From positions 98,704,001 to 98,768,000 of the forward strand of contig OX597815.1 in the NCBI GenBank assembly GCA_951406725.2: 64,000 nt of DNA, written 5' to 3'. Source of the DNA: Octopus vulgaris (Eukaryota). Positions 40,828 through 54,157 of the stretch are shown here, one piece after another. The stretch's first letter is position 1. Every line of letters starts with the position of its first letter. The notes under the pieces were generated by a model. It searched no databases and was not told the origin of the DNA. It saw nothing but the letters and a program-made list of their open reading frames with translations. The position numbers were made by a program, and so were the translations under genes.

Positions 40828-40955
40828 AGGCCGACAGAATGAATACTAGGCTTAAAAATTAAGTCCTGGTGTTAATTTCGTTGACTAAATTCCTTCAAGG
40901 TGGTGCTCCAGCATGGCTGCAGTCAAATGACTGAAACAAGTAAATGAATAAAAGA
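40828..40955 (+). mobile_element. SINE family E, 3' end
   Basis: GGTGCTCCAGCATGGCTGCAGTCAAATGACTGAAACAAGTAAA tail. Confidence 0.8.
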
Positions 40956-41105
40956 ACACACACACACACCCATTGATATATGTGTTCGTGTGTATATTTA
41001 TATGTGCATTGTGTATCTGTGTATGTATATATGTATGTATGTATGTATATATATATGTATGTATATATATATATATATATATACATACATACATACATAC
41101 ATACT

Positions 41106-41147
<42 letters not shown>

Positions 41148-41214
41148 GGTGTGCGTATTCTTGCAAGCGCGTATGCATATGTCCGCGTGTAAGCGTGTAT
41201 TTTTGTGTGTTTAT

Positions 41215-41435
41215 CTTTCTTCCTGTGTTTATTTCCTCTTCCCTGTTTGACAACAGATGTTGGTTTGTTTACATCACCGTAACAAAGCAGTGCAGCAAAA
41301 GTACCCAAGAGAATAGATACGAGACTTTTAAAACTGTATTGGTCTTCGATCTGTTGGAGTAAAACCCTTCAAAGCAGTACAACCCCATGGCATTTGTTCA
41401 ACAACCGAAACAAAGAAGTGGCAAAGATAAAAGAA
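41215..41435 (+). mobile_element. SINE family E, 3' half, degenerate
   Basis: TTGACAACAGATGTTGGTTTGTTTACATCACCGTAAC matches family E. Confidence 0.65.
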
Positions 41436-41668
41436 ATGGATTTAATCCCGAGAAGAATGAATCCACTCTAATATTATTTATAGCTCCCAAAGGGACGGAA
41501 AGGGATCTGGAAATGATTAAAGTTCAGAATGCATGGAATCTTAAAGAAAACTGCAAAACATTGTATTCGGTGCTCTTACGACCGCGACAACTCGCAACCT
41601 GCATATTCATACATATTCATGTTTTCTACTTAATCGTGGGAATTTATTGCTATGTATTATGATATATA

Positions 41669-41992
41669 TGAAGGTGCATGGCCCAGTGGTGAGAGAGCGT
41701 CGGTCTCAAAAACATGAGGTAGTGAGTTCGATTGCTGGACCGGGTTGCATGTTGTGTTCTTGAGCCAGACACTGTATTTCACGTTGCTCCAGTTCACTCA
41801 GCTGTAGAAATGAATTGCGACATCACTGGTGCCATACTGTATCGCCCTTTGCCTTTCCCTTAGATAGGGGAAGCTGATATGCATTAGCAACTGCCAGTCT
41901 TCCATAAACAACCTTGCCCAGACTTGTGCATCGGAGGGCAACTTTCTAGGTGCAATCCCATGGTCATTCATGACCGAAGGCTGTCTTTACTC
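41669..41992 (+). mobile_element. tRNA-derived SINE, CORE-like body, tail B
   Basis: TGGCCCAGTGG and GAGTTCGATT boxes. It ends GGTCATTCATGACCGAAGG, like 18685 and 8704. Confidence 0.85.
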
Positions 41993-42404
41993 TTCATCTT
42001 TTATGAGGATATTTCATAATAAATAAATTAAATGAGACTTATGTAATGCTAAGTATGAAGAATCAAATTTATTTTGATCTCATAAAAATTTAAAACCCTT
42101 CGAGAGAACGGGATTTCTTTTTTTTTTTTTTTTGTTGAACGTCGAATCTCGAAACAGTTGTCACTGACAACCTTTCGACTTCTTTAGGCCGAAGGATCAC
42201 TTTCAGTGCTGAATGCCTATTTTTGTTTTTCCCTCTCTTTCCGTGTCATCTCAGAATAACATCTGGCTTAAGTTGTTTTATTACTCTTATTTTAAATGCC
42301 TAATAACAATTTGAATCTTATTCATATGAAAATCACTACCTTACTCGTAAACTCTGGCCACCTAGGAAGAGATAATCTCGTTATTTAGCTAATGTAATAG
42401 ATAT

Positions 42405-42805
42405 TGGTTTCAAACTTTGGTACAAGGCCAGCAAGTTTGAGGGAGAAGTAAGTTGATTACAATGAACATCCCCACTTCATCTCCCATGCTCAACTGGCAT
42501 TTATGTTATGAAAGACTGAAAGGGAAGGTTGACCTCGGCAGAAGATGAACTCAGATCGTAAAGACGGACGAAATTCTTTCAGCTCACAATAAATATAGAC
42601 TATACATATTATGTTAGATTTCGAATTTTTAGTACAAGGCTAGGAATTTCGAGGGAAGAGATAAGTCAATTACATCGATCCTAGTGTTCAACTGGTACTT
42701 ATTTTATCGACCTTGGCGGAATTGAACTCAGAACGTAAAGACGAGCCAAACGCCGTTATGTATCTCGCTCGGAATGCTAAAGCTTCTGCCAGTGCACAAC
42801 CTCGT
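42405..42805 (-). mobile_element. Two adjacent SINE family A copies (42405-42580, 42615-42805)
   Basis: Both carry GTACAAGGC...GAGGGA...CAACTGG...GACCT.GGC.GAA..GAACTCAGA.CGTAAAGACG. Confidence 0.8.
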
Positions 42806-43538
42806 ATTTATGCAACAAATATAAAGCATAAAATGTTGTAGAAAGTGATAACTCACGGTACATGTTTCCGAGATAACAAATCTCGGCAGCGAAGAATAAA
42901 TCAAATCTATTACTTATATATTTAGGGGTCAGAATAATATACATTTACTACTTATTGAAATAGAGCTGGGTGATAAAATATTGTAAAAAGAGGGAGTGTG
43001 AGTATGTCGCTGAAATTTTCCACTCTTGTTTATGTAGTTTTTTTCTTTCTTGTGCACCTAATTTTGAGTCAAGGTTTCCTGACTTCAATACGTATAAATC
43101 TAAATTCTCGTAAACAGTGAACTAAATCTTGTTGCCCCGACGAATTTTATGGATTTTTGAGGACCCATCAGAGAACAAGTATATACTCATTACCCTGCTC
43201 AGAAAAAAAAATTATAGCAAATCCCTATTCAAACGAGAATTCAGCTGAATAATTTGCTTATAATGTGTTGGTTTATGTCGTGTTTAAATAAGTAATTAAT
43301 CTATATGTACAACAGAGGGTATATTAGGAAACCGGAAGTAAACTATAGCTTTTTAAAGATCTCCAGTGTGAAACTTGGGACAGATGTGAATATGTGTTCT
43401 TTACATGTTCTGAAAAATAAAGATTGTCCTCATCTGATTCACTGTTCATTGACCAATCGTCATAAGACAAATCAGGTATAATTCTTCCACCTAGAAAGAA
43501 AACTTTCGATAACAACATCTAATTACTATATGTGAGTC

Positions 43539-43892
43539 GCAATGGCTAAGTGGTTAGGGCAGCGAATTCACGGTCGTAGGATCGCGGTTTCGATTCCCAG
43601 ACCGGGCATTGTGAGTTTATTTAGCGAAAATACCTAAAGCTCCTTGAGGCACCAGCAGGGGTGGTGGCGAACCTTGCTGTACTCTTTCACCACATCTTTC
43701 TCTCACGCTTTCTTCCTGTTTCTGTTGTAGCTTTATTTCAAAGGGCCAGCTTTGTCATACTGTGTGTCACGTTGAATCTCTCCGAGAACTACGTTAAGGG
43801 TACACGTGTCTGTGGAGTGCTCAACCACTTGCACATATCCGAGCAGACTGTTCGGATTAACTGGAACCCTCGTCGTCGTAACCGACAGTGTG
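43539..43892 (+). mobile_element. tRNA-derived SINE, head D plus tail C
   Basis: A perfect 16-bp TSD, TTACTATATGTGAGTC, is at 43523-43538 and 43893-43908. Confidence 0.92.
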
Positions 43893-44049
43893 TTACTATA
43901 TGTGAGTCATATCCGTGCGTGTTTTATTGTTGTTTTCGCTTAGCTCCAAATCATCCTTCATCGGCAGACTTATGATCAAAGGCATTCCACTCATAAATAA
44001 CCCGTCTTTGTTGTTTTAGACACAGTCTTATAATTTCCTCATCTAATTT

Positions 44050-44260
44050 CTTATTTATTTATTGCCCACAAAAAAAAAACTTAAAAAACATAGAGGGGAC
44101 AAACAAGGACAGACAAACGGATTAAGTTGATTACATCGACCCAACTGCGTAACTGGTACTTAATTTATCGTCCCCGAAAGGATGAAAGGCAAAGTCGACC
44201 TCGGCGGAATTTGAACTCAGAACGTAACGGCGCGCTAACGTTTCTGCCAGCTCGCCACCT
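44050..44260 (-). mobile_element. SINE family A, subfamily with alternative 3' tail
   Basis: Well-preserved CCCCGAAAGGATGAAAGGCAAAGTCGACCTCGGCGGAATTTGAACTCAG. The tail (TTTGTCTGTCCTTGTTTGTCCCCTCT on the minus strand) differs from other A copies. Confidence 0.85.
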
Positions 44261-44829
44261 GCCTTTTTAGGGTAGGGGATGTTAAGCATTAATTCCTGCA
44301 GACGAGGACCAAAGTAGTGTCCCTCTCGCTGAGTACAGTATATATTAGGTTCTTCATAATTAGCATTTCACAAGTCTCTCAGTTAATCTATTTATTATGA
44401 AATATCATCATAAGGGATAAAGGGTAAAATCCCTTTCGGTCTTGTTCGGTTTTATGCTTGAACGCTTTAGCATCGACTCTGTAGCTGTTGAGTAGGCACA
44501 ATTATATGCTTAATTTTTCACTCCGTAACCGACAATGTGACATTGTAATGCTCCCATGCGGTGCGGTGGCTTGTTTCCGATGAGTTATTATGTGAATCAT
44601 TTCTGTTTGCTCATCGGTGCTCGCCTCATTGAGGGAAAAGACTAAAGTAGGAGCCACCGTGGTCGCTCAACATACAAAAAAATAGCAGACAGGTTTCTTT
44701 AAAGAGTACAATGTCGTCGGGTTATATTATAGCTTTAAAATTTATTTCTGGATTGAATGTCATTCATCGTACATCTATACGATCACGGTTGACTTACAGA
44801 CAAACAACAATTGCAAATATCACTGCGTA

Positions 44830-44960
44830 TGTATCCAGTATTACTTCAAAGCGAAAACCTTTCAAGTTATGATGTAACATGTCATGGCTGACATTATCAA
44901 AGGCTGTGGCGAATTTAATGAGTACACAATCGTTTCTTAATTCAGATAGCAAATTATTCA
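44830..44960 (-). mobile_element. Decayed CR1/L2-type RT fragment
   Basis: DCVLIKFATAFDNVSHDMLHHNLKGF resembles the RT motif DFxKAFDxVxHxxLLxKL. Confidence 0.45.
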
Positions 44961-45169
44961 GAATTTTCATGGTTAATTGCAAGGTCAATCACATTTACCA
45001 GAGTGAAAACTGTGACATCTCTCGTGAAAGAGAATCTGGTTTTCTCAATAATATATTGTTCAAAGTCAAGATTTAAATGATACGTATTTATGGTTACTTT
45101 GCTCTATTCTATTGTCATTTTTATGAAATGATTTTATAGACCCTTCCCCACTTCCTTTATCTGTAATCT

Positions 45170-45374
45170 GGCGTAGGCATGGTTGTGTGGTGAAGAAACT
45201 ATCTTTGCAGCGACGGATTTTCGAGTTCAACCCCACTCCTCGGCATATTGGACATGTATTTTCTACTATGGCTCCGGGGTGACCAATACTTTGTGAGGGA
45301 ATCTGGTAGGCGGAAACTGTGCAGAAGCCCGTAATATATGTGTGTGTGCGTGTTTATGTGTGTGTGTGTGTGTT

Positions 45375-45409
<35 letters not shown>

Positions 45410-45556
45410 TTTAGTAGTTCGGTAAAAGATAGCGATGCAATAAGTACCACAGTTTTCAAAAATTGCTGGGGTCAATTTTGTTCGTCTAAACCCCTTTAAA
45501 GGCAGTGCCTTATTAAGTGCCTAATCTGATGACTGAAACAACTAAAATACAAAAGA
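45170..45556 (+). mobile_element. SINE family E (partial second copy at ~45710-45870)
   Basis: Head GGCGTAGGCATGGTTGTGTGG...GAGTTCAACCCC, then GGAAACTGTGCAGAAGCCCG, a TG tract and a GACTGAAAC tail. Confidence 0.8.
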
Positions 45557-46718
45557 ATTAATCAGTATTCAAATTTAATAAACGTATCTGCAGGGCCCAG
45601 AATATCTGGGATTTTAGATGGAAGTCTATATTGTTACTGCGCAAAGTTCTCGTCAACCTACCGTCATTTACCTCGTATCTTAAAATAAGAAATTAATTTT
45701 ACTCCGAGTATATGGCGCAAGTATGTACGTGGGCTCATAAAGTTCATTCCACAGATATTTGGTTTTGTGTTCGATCCCACAAGCAGTGCCTTGAGCATGC
45801 CTTTTCTTCTGTAACTTCCAGTTAACCAATACCTCAAGATGTGGCGGAAATTTACAGAAGCCCGTTGTATCTATGTTTGTATGTGAGCATATGTACCTGG
45901 CTGTTTATTTATGTCAACAAGCACCTGTGATTTGTAAAATATCTTAAAATAGTGAGAAGAAAAGGAGATAACAACAACAGATATTGCTGTTGATATCACA
46001 GATTAAACCCCATATGAATTTGCTCTTGTATGGCCACAGTCAAATAAATAAATCCAGTAAAGAATTTTGTTGTGTATGTCTTGCACTGGGGTGCACATGT
46101 CAGGTGATGAAAAAGGACCGGTCCGACACACAAGAATATGCTGCTGATGCTGATGCTGCTGCTGCAGCTGATGATGATGATGATGAGGATGAGGAGGATG
46201 AGGTATCCTCTGTCGGTTTCGACGATGCACATTCCAGCTGATCGATCGATTGAAGTGCCTAACACATTACTTTATAGCATAAGTGGATGGATAAATGCTC
46301 CCTACCTCTCCCACTAAAGAATATCCTTCACGTGATCCTCAGTCACAAACAAATAACAAAGTTGCTCCAGTGAGTTACAGCAGCAGCAGCAGCCCTTCTG
46401 AAAGATATTCATCCTATTAATTTAAGTCCACAGAATTTAACTTCCATGTTTTGTAATTCAGAGTCATGGGTATAGAAACAAAAAAAAACAGAATTTTGCT
46501 CGAAATAAAAGACGTGGGATTGAACACAAGACGACATGATTGCAACGCCAACTTCAAAGCTTAGCCATGCCTGCGTCTATACATAGATACACACAGAAAC
46601 ACGTGCGCGCTCGCCGCACGCACACACTCACACACATACATATATGTTTATGCGAAGTGTGACTTTCACACTTACGCACAAGTGTTTGCATTACTAATGC
46701 ATAAATATATACAATGTG

Positions 46719-46757
<39 letters not shown>

Positions 46758-47365
46758 AATGCATTCACACATATATGCATATATATATATACACATACAC
46801 ATTCTTGCACACACAAACACATACACACATATGTTCTTCTTCTTTGGTGTTGCGTCCATTCACCAATGAACCAACGAACCAATGTAACTTGAAATGATAC
46901 GTTTAGTGTTCTCAGCTATTGATGCTTTGTTAAAAAGTAAATGTTTTCTGAAAGTCGGAAACGGTTTATAAACAACAGCCAAAGAATATATATCTGTAAC
47001 GATTATATCCCTGTGGCTAAATAAAACATAACAGAAAGCTTTTATAGATAAATGTAGCGCGGGGGAAAAAAATGAAAGAAATTCATTTTCAATCGACAAT
47101 AACAACAATGAAAAAATGCTTCTAGATAGATTTGACCGTTTCTTGTGAAAATTGACCGTTTAGAAAAAGAAATGAAGATTCGAAAAAGAAAAAGAAAAAA
47201 GAAAAGAAAAGCTTATGCGACAAATAACAAAATAGCCTTGGAACCAATACACTCCAAAAGTAAGATGAGAAAATAAGAAGAAAAAGACAAAAAATTGCTC
47301 TTGATGTAATCTGAATACTACAGTGCGTCGAAAGCTCTGCGCTTGTTTAAACGTTCTAAAGGAAT

Positions 47366-47369
<4 letters not shown>

Positions 47370-47423
<54 letters not shown>

Positions 47424-47426
47424 ATG

Positions 47427-47460
<34 letters not shown>

Positions 47461-47771
47461 TGTATGTATGTATGTATGTATGTATAAAAGAAGAACCATG
47501 CGACAGAGTCAGAGAAACTATTCAGGAATCTATTGTTCAAACGAAAGTTGTCATTGAATTTTCTTATAGCAGAAGGCAAGATTACTTGAGAAGGCGACAT
47601 TACGGTCCCTAGAATATTGTGTATCTGAGTATATATTGTTATGACCACACACACACACAAATGCATACAAAGTTCCATACATACATTCAAATGTACATGC
47701 GTATAAATATACACACACATACGCATATATAGATATGTATATGTGAGTGCATATATATATGTATATGTGAG

Positions 47772-47824
<53 letters not shown>

Positions 47825-47832
47825 AGAGAGAG

Positions 47833-47869
<37 letters not shown>

Positions 47870-48040
47870 TGTATATGTGAGTGCATGTATATGTGTGTAT
47901 ACATACTAATAATATATTTATACATATATTCATATAAAAAGAGAGAGGGGGAGACAGACAGAAAGGCAGACAGGCGGTTAGACAGGCAGGTAGGCAGACA
48001 GACAGGGACAAAGACAATTAGACAGACAGACAGGCTGATA
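47370..48040. repeat. Compound microsatellites (TA, TG, TATG, GATA, GACA)
   Basis: Seen directly. Confidence 0.9.
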
Positions 48041-48479
48041 GAAATTTAGATGAATGTATGGTTGAAAGGACGTATATATACAACATATCTGTACCTCTAT
48101 ATATATGTATATTATTCATATTTATATCTCCACCATCACTACCACCGCTTCAACCATCAACAGTATTATAACCATCATCATCGTTTTCGTTTTCGACGTC
48201 GTTGTTGACTTCGTCACCATTGTTCTCTGTTGATACTACAAGTGTTACTCAAGGGACCTGACATTAGGGTTCTTTTAAAAAATATAATGCAAACAACAAT
48301 ATATAATATTTACATTCACGAAGTAACGTGGCCTGCATCAATACACTTTATTCTGTAAATTTAGTTTGTAAGGATCTGAATTCTTTAGCAGAATATGATT
48401 GGATACGGAGAAATAATTGCAAGTAAAGACATCGTATAGATGTGTAATAGCCGTTTTTTCATGTCTGAACATCACGAAT

Positions 48480-48992
48480 AAGAGGAAGACGCCCTTAAAT
48501 GGCTATGAAAACCGATCCTCGGTGCTGTAGGGTTTTTCTTCCTGCCTGCCCTTAGTAGTTCTAAAGTGAGAGTCACTCCGCAATATTACCCCAACTTTTA
48601 GAGTCGAAAGTCTGACAACATCGGGCTGAGACGGTTGCGGTGACCATTATGCTGTGAGTTTTAGAATGAAGTGGCCTTCTTCTGGATGAACTGCCTATCA
48701 GAGCTGGAGAGCTCCACCTACCCTGCATTTTCCGGAAGGAGGTAGGTGTCCACCTGAGGGACTTCCCTCCATGATATGCTGTCGAGATGAATTCTCCAAG
48801 CCTTTTCTTTGCTCTCATAGAGTTTCTTCCAAAACATTCTAATCAAACCATAACCGAGACGATGAGACGTGCTACAACACCGAGTGAGAGTAGATCAGAG
48901 ACCGTTAGAAGCTAAGATGTGGTTTCACACTCTTCAGACTCCTGACCTGGGTCCCAATATGGAGTGGAGTTTAACGTCAAACCCAGGACCAC
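48480..48992 (-). mobile_element. GC-richer non-coding element resembling an RTE 5'UTR-derived repeat
   Basis: The minus strand has GTCCTGGGTTTGACGTTAAACT and GGGTAGGTGGAGCTC...TAGGCAG...AGAAGG motifs, recalled from RTE 5' regions. Confidence 0.45.
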
Positions 48993-49229
48993 ATGCAGGT
49001 ATGTATGTATGTAAGTATGTATGTAAGTATGTATGTATGTATGTAAGTATGTATGTAAGTATGTATGTATGTATGTATGTAGATACGTATACGCAAGTGT
49101 GTGTATATGTATGCACGTGTATGTAGGCATATATAAATATACAGGTGTATATTTATGAGCGAATATATGGGTACGTTTGAACTAGAAAATAGATGTGTGT
49201 ACAGGTGTAAATATATACTTAATCCAAAC

Positions 49230-49410
49230 ATGAACAAAGAGAAAACACAAGAACGCGAGGACGCGGAACAAGCATAGTGTTATTGGACGCTCAGGAAAGG
49301 AAAGAAAGAAGGAGGATTAACGTTTCAAGCGGAGCTCTTCGTCAGAAACATAGAAAAAGGAAAGGTCCAAGGAAGAGGAGTCGGACAAAGAAACTCGCCA
49401 TCGGTCATAT
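49230..49410 (-). mobile_element. Short non-coding HHR-bearing element beside (TA)n
   Basis: Purine-rich (+) block sharing ACGCTCAGGAA...ACGTTTCAAGC..GCTCTTC..CAG with 57190-57365. Confidence 0.7.
49312..49352 (-). ncRNA. Minimal hammerhead ribozyme motif
   Basis: GTTT-CTGACGA-A-GAGC(TCC)GCTT-GAAAC-GTT-AATC. Confidence 0.72.
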
Positions 49411-49468
49411 ATATATATGTATGTATGAATGTATATATATATATATATATGTAAGTATATATGTATAT

Positions 49469-49513
<45 letters not shown>

Positions 49514-49861
49514 TCAATATAGGGTGGCAAAAAATTTCGTAGAATTTTTTTGCCACCAGCGGTCTAGTGGGAAAAAATTAAATAGTCATAGACCATTTGT
49601 AAATTCAACAGCAAAATCAAGGAACGGCCATAATAGGCCATTCACCCACTAGAAATAACAGCCAAAGCTTCAACCGCAAAACAACATCAATTCCGCAAAC
49701 CAGGAGAAAATTAAAAAAACATTTACCCTGTAGTTCCTTATACGATGCACCGTTTCATCTATTGTTTAATGGTCAACTAACCTGATTAAATTAAATCAAG
49801 CCAGTCTTCCATAGGCCGATAGATTCGTCAGTAAGAACAGCCAGATCGGATCAGATATATA

Positions 49862-49905
<44 letters not shown>

Positions 49906-49951
49906 TATATGGGTATATGTGTGTATGCATGTGTGTATATATGTATGTATG

Positions 49952-50010
<59 letters not shown>

Positions 50011-50836
50011 CTGGATTTATGTAGATGTATACATATGTGTGCATGTATCTATATATGCCTATGTATATATTTATATGCATGTATATGTATGCATGTATGT
50101 TTATATGTAGGGGAGTAAATATTTGAGCTAGCATGATCTCCCTGCATCTCCCCTCCCAAACCAATATAAAAAAATACACTTCTATCAACAAACATTCCAA
50201 CACAAACCTGTTTTTTTTTCTCTCTGCTCTAATCCCCTATTTATCAAAAGACATGTATCTTACACCTCATTAACAACAGCCACCCCCACGCCCGACAGCA
50301 CACCTAAATTCATCTTTAACAGAGGAAATTACTGAATCCTCTCTTTATAAAATTAAGTTAGCTGATTATTCAGCCGTAAGAAAAGAATTTGAAAATCATC
50401 TGACCATTATGTTTTTCACCAAGAGTCAACTATCCAAATGGAACCAGCAGGGGCGCACTTTTACAAGCCCGTCATAAAACATTCCTTATACAACCCACTA
50501 CCTCTCAGCTCTACTCACAATCATCTTTCGGCTCTTGTTTCTCAACAGCCCTTCACTCCCACAATTATTCACAAACCTCAACCCCACCCAGACACACCCA
50601 AATCTCTTATATGTAGAATCACACAGCACAACACAACCTGAGATGAGTTTGACAATCGCCACCGACGAACGCGAGTATGTTCTTCAAAAAGTTAACAAGG
50701 AATGTCTTAAAATTCTCCCAAACGAAGTTAAACAACTTACATAGCAAACTGTTAAATTATATTATTATAAAATTAAATTAATTACAACTACCAGTGAAGT
50801 CATTCTATTCCTGTTTCAAATATGTATGTATGTATA

Positions 50837-50869
<33 letters not shown>

Positions 50870-51169
50870 TGCAGTTGCTTGAGTGTGTGCTTCTTTTTAT
50901 ATTAATATATACGAATCCGCATACGAGCTCATCTAGTGGTGTTATAGAGTGCGGAATGAAGCGTGGAACTTTTTACTAATCCCACCACGATCCGACGAAT
51001 TGAGCATCCCAGCTGCGCATGTCAATCTTGTCTATGGTGAGAATGAACGGGAGAGATAACAGCACTGAATCATAAAATCCCATAGGATCTTTGCATTTCT
51101 ATTTTCAACAATGCCTTCAGGTTTGTGGTCGTATCAATTTTTTGCACTGTCGTACCAATTTTTTGCTAC

Positions 51170-51226
51170 TACTACAACAACTATTACTACTACTACCGAT
51201 ACTGCTGCTGCTGATAACGATGATGA

Positions 51227-51311
<85 letters not shown>
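51170..51311. repeat. (CTA)n/(CTG)n trinucleotide repeat
   Basis: Seen directly. Confidence 0.95.
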
Positions 51312-51312
<1 letters not shown>

Positions 51313-51530
51313 AGGCAGCGAGCTGGCAGAATCGTTTGCACTCTGGACGTAATACCTAGCATTATATCGCCCGCCGCTACGTTCTGAGTTCAAATTCCTC
51401 TGGGGTCGACTTTGCCTTTCATCCTTTCGGGATCGATATATCAAATACCATTGAAACATTGAGGTCGATGTAATCGACTAGTCCCTCTCCAAAATGATCG
51501 GGCGCTGTGCCTTTACGAGATAGGATTTTT
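51312..51530 (+). mobile_element. SINE family A, near full length
   Basis: GAGCTGGCAGAATCG...GAGTTCAAATTCC...GGTCGACTTTGCCTTTCATCCTTTCGGG. Confidence 0.85.
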
Positions 51531-51544
51531 ATTATTATGATGAT

Positions 51545-52079
51545 TGCTGAGTATGATGGAAATAGACAGCTGTCCAAAGCCAGCAGTCTAAAGTGACTCT
51601 TATTTACTGGTCATGCTTCAAGAACATGGCAAAGAATTCTTGTGCCATTCCAAGCAATGCTGATTTTTGCAGGTGCTCTACCTTTACATTTGTACGAATC
51701 TTTTCCAGCTATGCTGGTAGTTGAGTTCTGATACTTCTAAGTGTGCCAATTACTATTGGTATCACGTCTACACTCCTCATTGACCACCGCCTTTGTATTT
51801 CCCACTTAAAATTGTCATAGTTGTTTATTTTCATCTTCTTTCTCTTTGATCCTGTTGTCACTATGTTGATTATCATGCATGTTCTTTCTTTTTTATTCAC
51901 CCCAACCAATTTCCAGATTCCTATAACTGGTCAGGTGACTGCACAGAATCATTGCAACCCACAGGATTTTACAATTCTCATTCTTAGTGCCGCCTTCTGA
52001 GGTTTTCTCATACCACATCTTCGCTCTTTGTATGCCGTGATTCCCACAGACCTCCCAATGGATCATTCTTGCCACATTG
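51545..52079 (-). mobile_element. R4/Dong-type LINE 3' fragment (older family)
   Basis: VARMIHWEVC...WYE...KILW...IPIVIGTL...LQKSALLG, a REL endonuclease C-terminus with frameshifts. Confidence 0.8.
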
Positions 52080-52089
52080 TTAATTACTA

Positions 52090-52120
<31 letters not shown>

Positions 52121-52124
<4 letters not shown>

Positions 52125-52824
52125 TAGTTTTATTTTTATAGCGTGCTTTCACTTCACTACCGAGCGCAGCTCTGTGTGCCTTGGGTATGTGTTGTGATTT
52201 GTTGTGATGCTCTGATGGTTAGGTTATTGTATGGAAAGTGTTCTGCGTAGGATGTGTGCAGTGCCTAGTAGTGCAATTTTCTGTATGTTATATGTGTTTG
52301 TAAGTCCTGGTGTTTTTGTTATGTATTTGTCTGAATATTTTTTTATCATGCCTAATGCACCTACTATGATAGGAATTGTTTCTGTTTTCAGATTCCACAT
52401 TCTGGTTACCTCTATTTCCAGGTCTTTGTATTTTGAGAGTTTCTCCATTTCTTTTAGAGACACGTTGTCATCAGCTGGTATTGATACATAAATTAGAAAG
52501 CATTTTTTTTCTTCGTGATCTCTGACAACTATATCTGGCCTGTTGGCCTTAATTTCTCTATCTGTGTGTATCGGCATATCCCAGAGTATGGTTGCTTTCT
52601 CGTTTTCTGTGACCTTTTCTGGAGTGTGCCTATACCATCTTTTTTTCTGTTGTTATTCCATAATGTTGGCATAGTTTCCAATGTATGTAGGTTCCAACTC
52701 TGTCATGTCTGTGAATATATTCCTTCTTAGCCAGGACTGGGCAGCTAGAGATAATATGATTTATTGTTTCTTGTCCATCTCCACATATTCTGCGGTTACT
52801 TGTTATATTTCTTTTCATTACATG

Positions 52825-52826
<2 letters not shown>
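52121..52826 (-). mobile_element. R4/Dong-type LINE 3' fragment (younger): CCHC knuckle plus restriction-like endonuclease, in (TAA)n
   Basis: RICGDGQETINHIISSCPVLAKKEYIHRHD; RPDIVV...SIP...EKLSKYKDL...IPIIVGALG...ALLGTAHILRRTL. (TAA)n lies on both sides. Confidence 0.93.
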
Positions 52827-52871
<45 letters not shown>

Positions 52872-52873
<2 letters not shown>

Positions 52874-53427
52874 GAGTGAGAGAGCAGTTCATGCCATCAA
52901 AGTGACACTGGGGTAAAATATACGAAGCCCAATATACCCATCATGACTACCCGTCTGATAAAGGTACACCAGGCACATGCATCACAACCATATGTGCGCG
53001 ACATGGTGATCTCATATCAAGATAAACAGCACATGACCTTGCAGGTGGGGCCCAGTTAGAATTTTATTCAGGTTGAGTAGCCCATCCCGCTCAAACGGTC
53101 CCTGAATAAGGGTTGTTTAAGGATGTTGAAAGAACCACCCATGTTTCTAGAGGTGAACTATTCAAACCCCAAAGAATCCCTCTCAACACATGGCTATGAT
53201 GCTCCCCCACTACTTCTGCTCGTGATCAGAGATGCACATATCGTCAGCCACTAAGGGACATGCTCAACTGGTTAAGGTCAAACAACTGACAAGCAAATCT
53301 GTGGTATTGAGCAGAATATTTGCTGTAGCCCATCTTTTATACCAAGACAAAACAATGTACATGATAACACTTCCAATCAGTTAAGATCAGAAGCCATGAG
53401 AGCCACTGTCTGGTACTGCATCAGGGC

Positions 53428-53431
<4 letters not shown>
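52872..53431 (-). mobile_element. ~560-bp non-coding element inserted in (TAA)n, copy 1
   Basis: Aligns end to end with 54158-54709. It has no ORF and no tRNA head, and (TAA)n lies at both ends. Strand is inferred from TAA polarity. Confidence 0.8.
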
Positions 53432-53508
<77 letters not shown>

Positions 53509-53530
53509 CATCATTATTATTATTATTATT

Positions 53531-53601
<71 letters not shown>

Positions 53602-53612
53602 TATTATTATTA

Positions 53613-53697
<85 letters not shown>

Positions 53698-53843
53698 CAC
53701 TATTGAGTGAGAGAGCAGTGCATGCCATCAAAGTGAAACTGGGGTAAAATATACGAAGCCCAGTATACCCTATCATCATTATTATTATTATTATTATTAT
53801 TATCATCATCATCATCATCATCATCATCATTATTATTATTATC

Positions 53844-53926
<83 letters not shown>

Positions 53927-54072
53927 CACTATTGAGTGAGAGAGCAGTGCATGCCATCAAAGTGAAACTGGGGTAAAATATACGAAGCCCAGTATACCCT
54001 ATCATCATTATTATTATTATTATTATTATTATCATCATCATCATCATCATCATCATCATTATTATTATTATC

Positions 54073-54152
<80 letters not shown>

Positions 54153-54154
54153 CA
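53698..54154. repeat. Two tandem ~228-bp units (68-bp element terminus plus patterned ATT/ATC microsatellite)
   Basis: Identical 68-bp blocks are at 53703-53770 and 53932-53999, followed by near-identical microsatellite patterns. Confidence 0.9.
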
Positions 54155-54157
54155 CTA

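Noticed and set aside
47295-47345. HHR-like TTGATGT...CGAAAGCTC
   Set aside because: The core has two mismatches and stem II is poor, so it is too degenerate to call.
53370-53400. U2 snRNA-like ATCAGTTAAGATCAG
   Set aside because: The resemblance is short and there is no branch-point pairing region or other U2 sequence.
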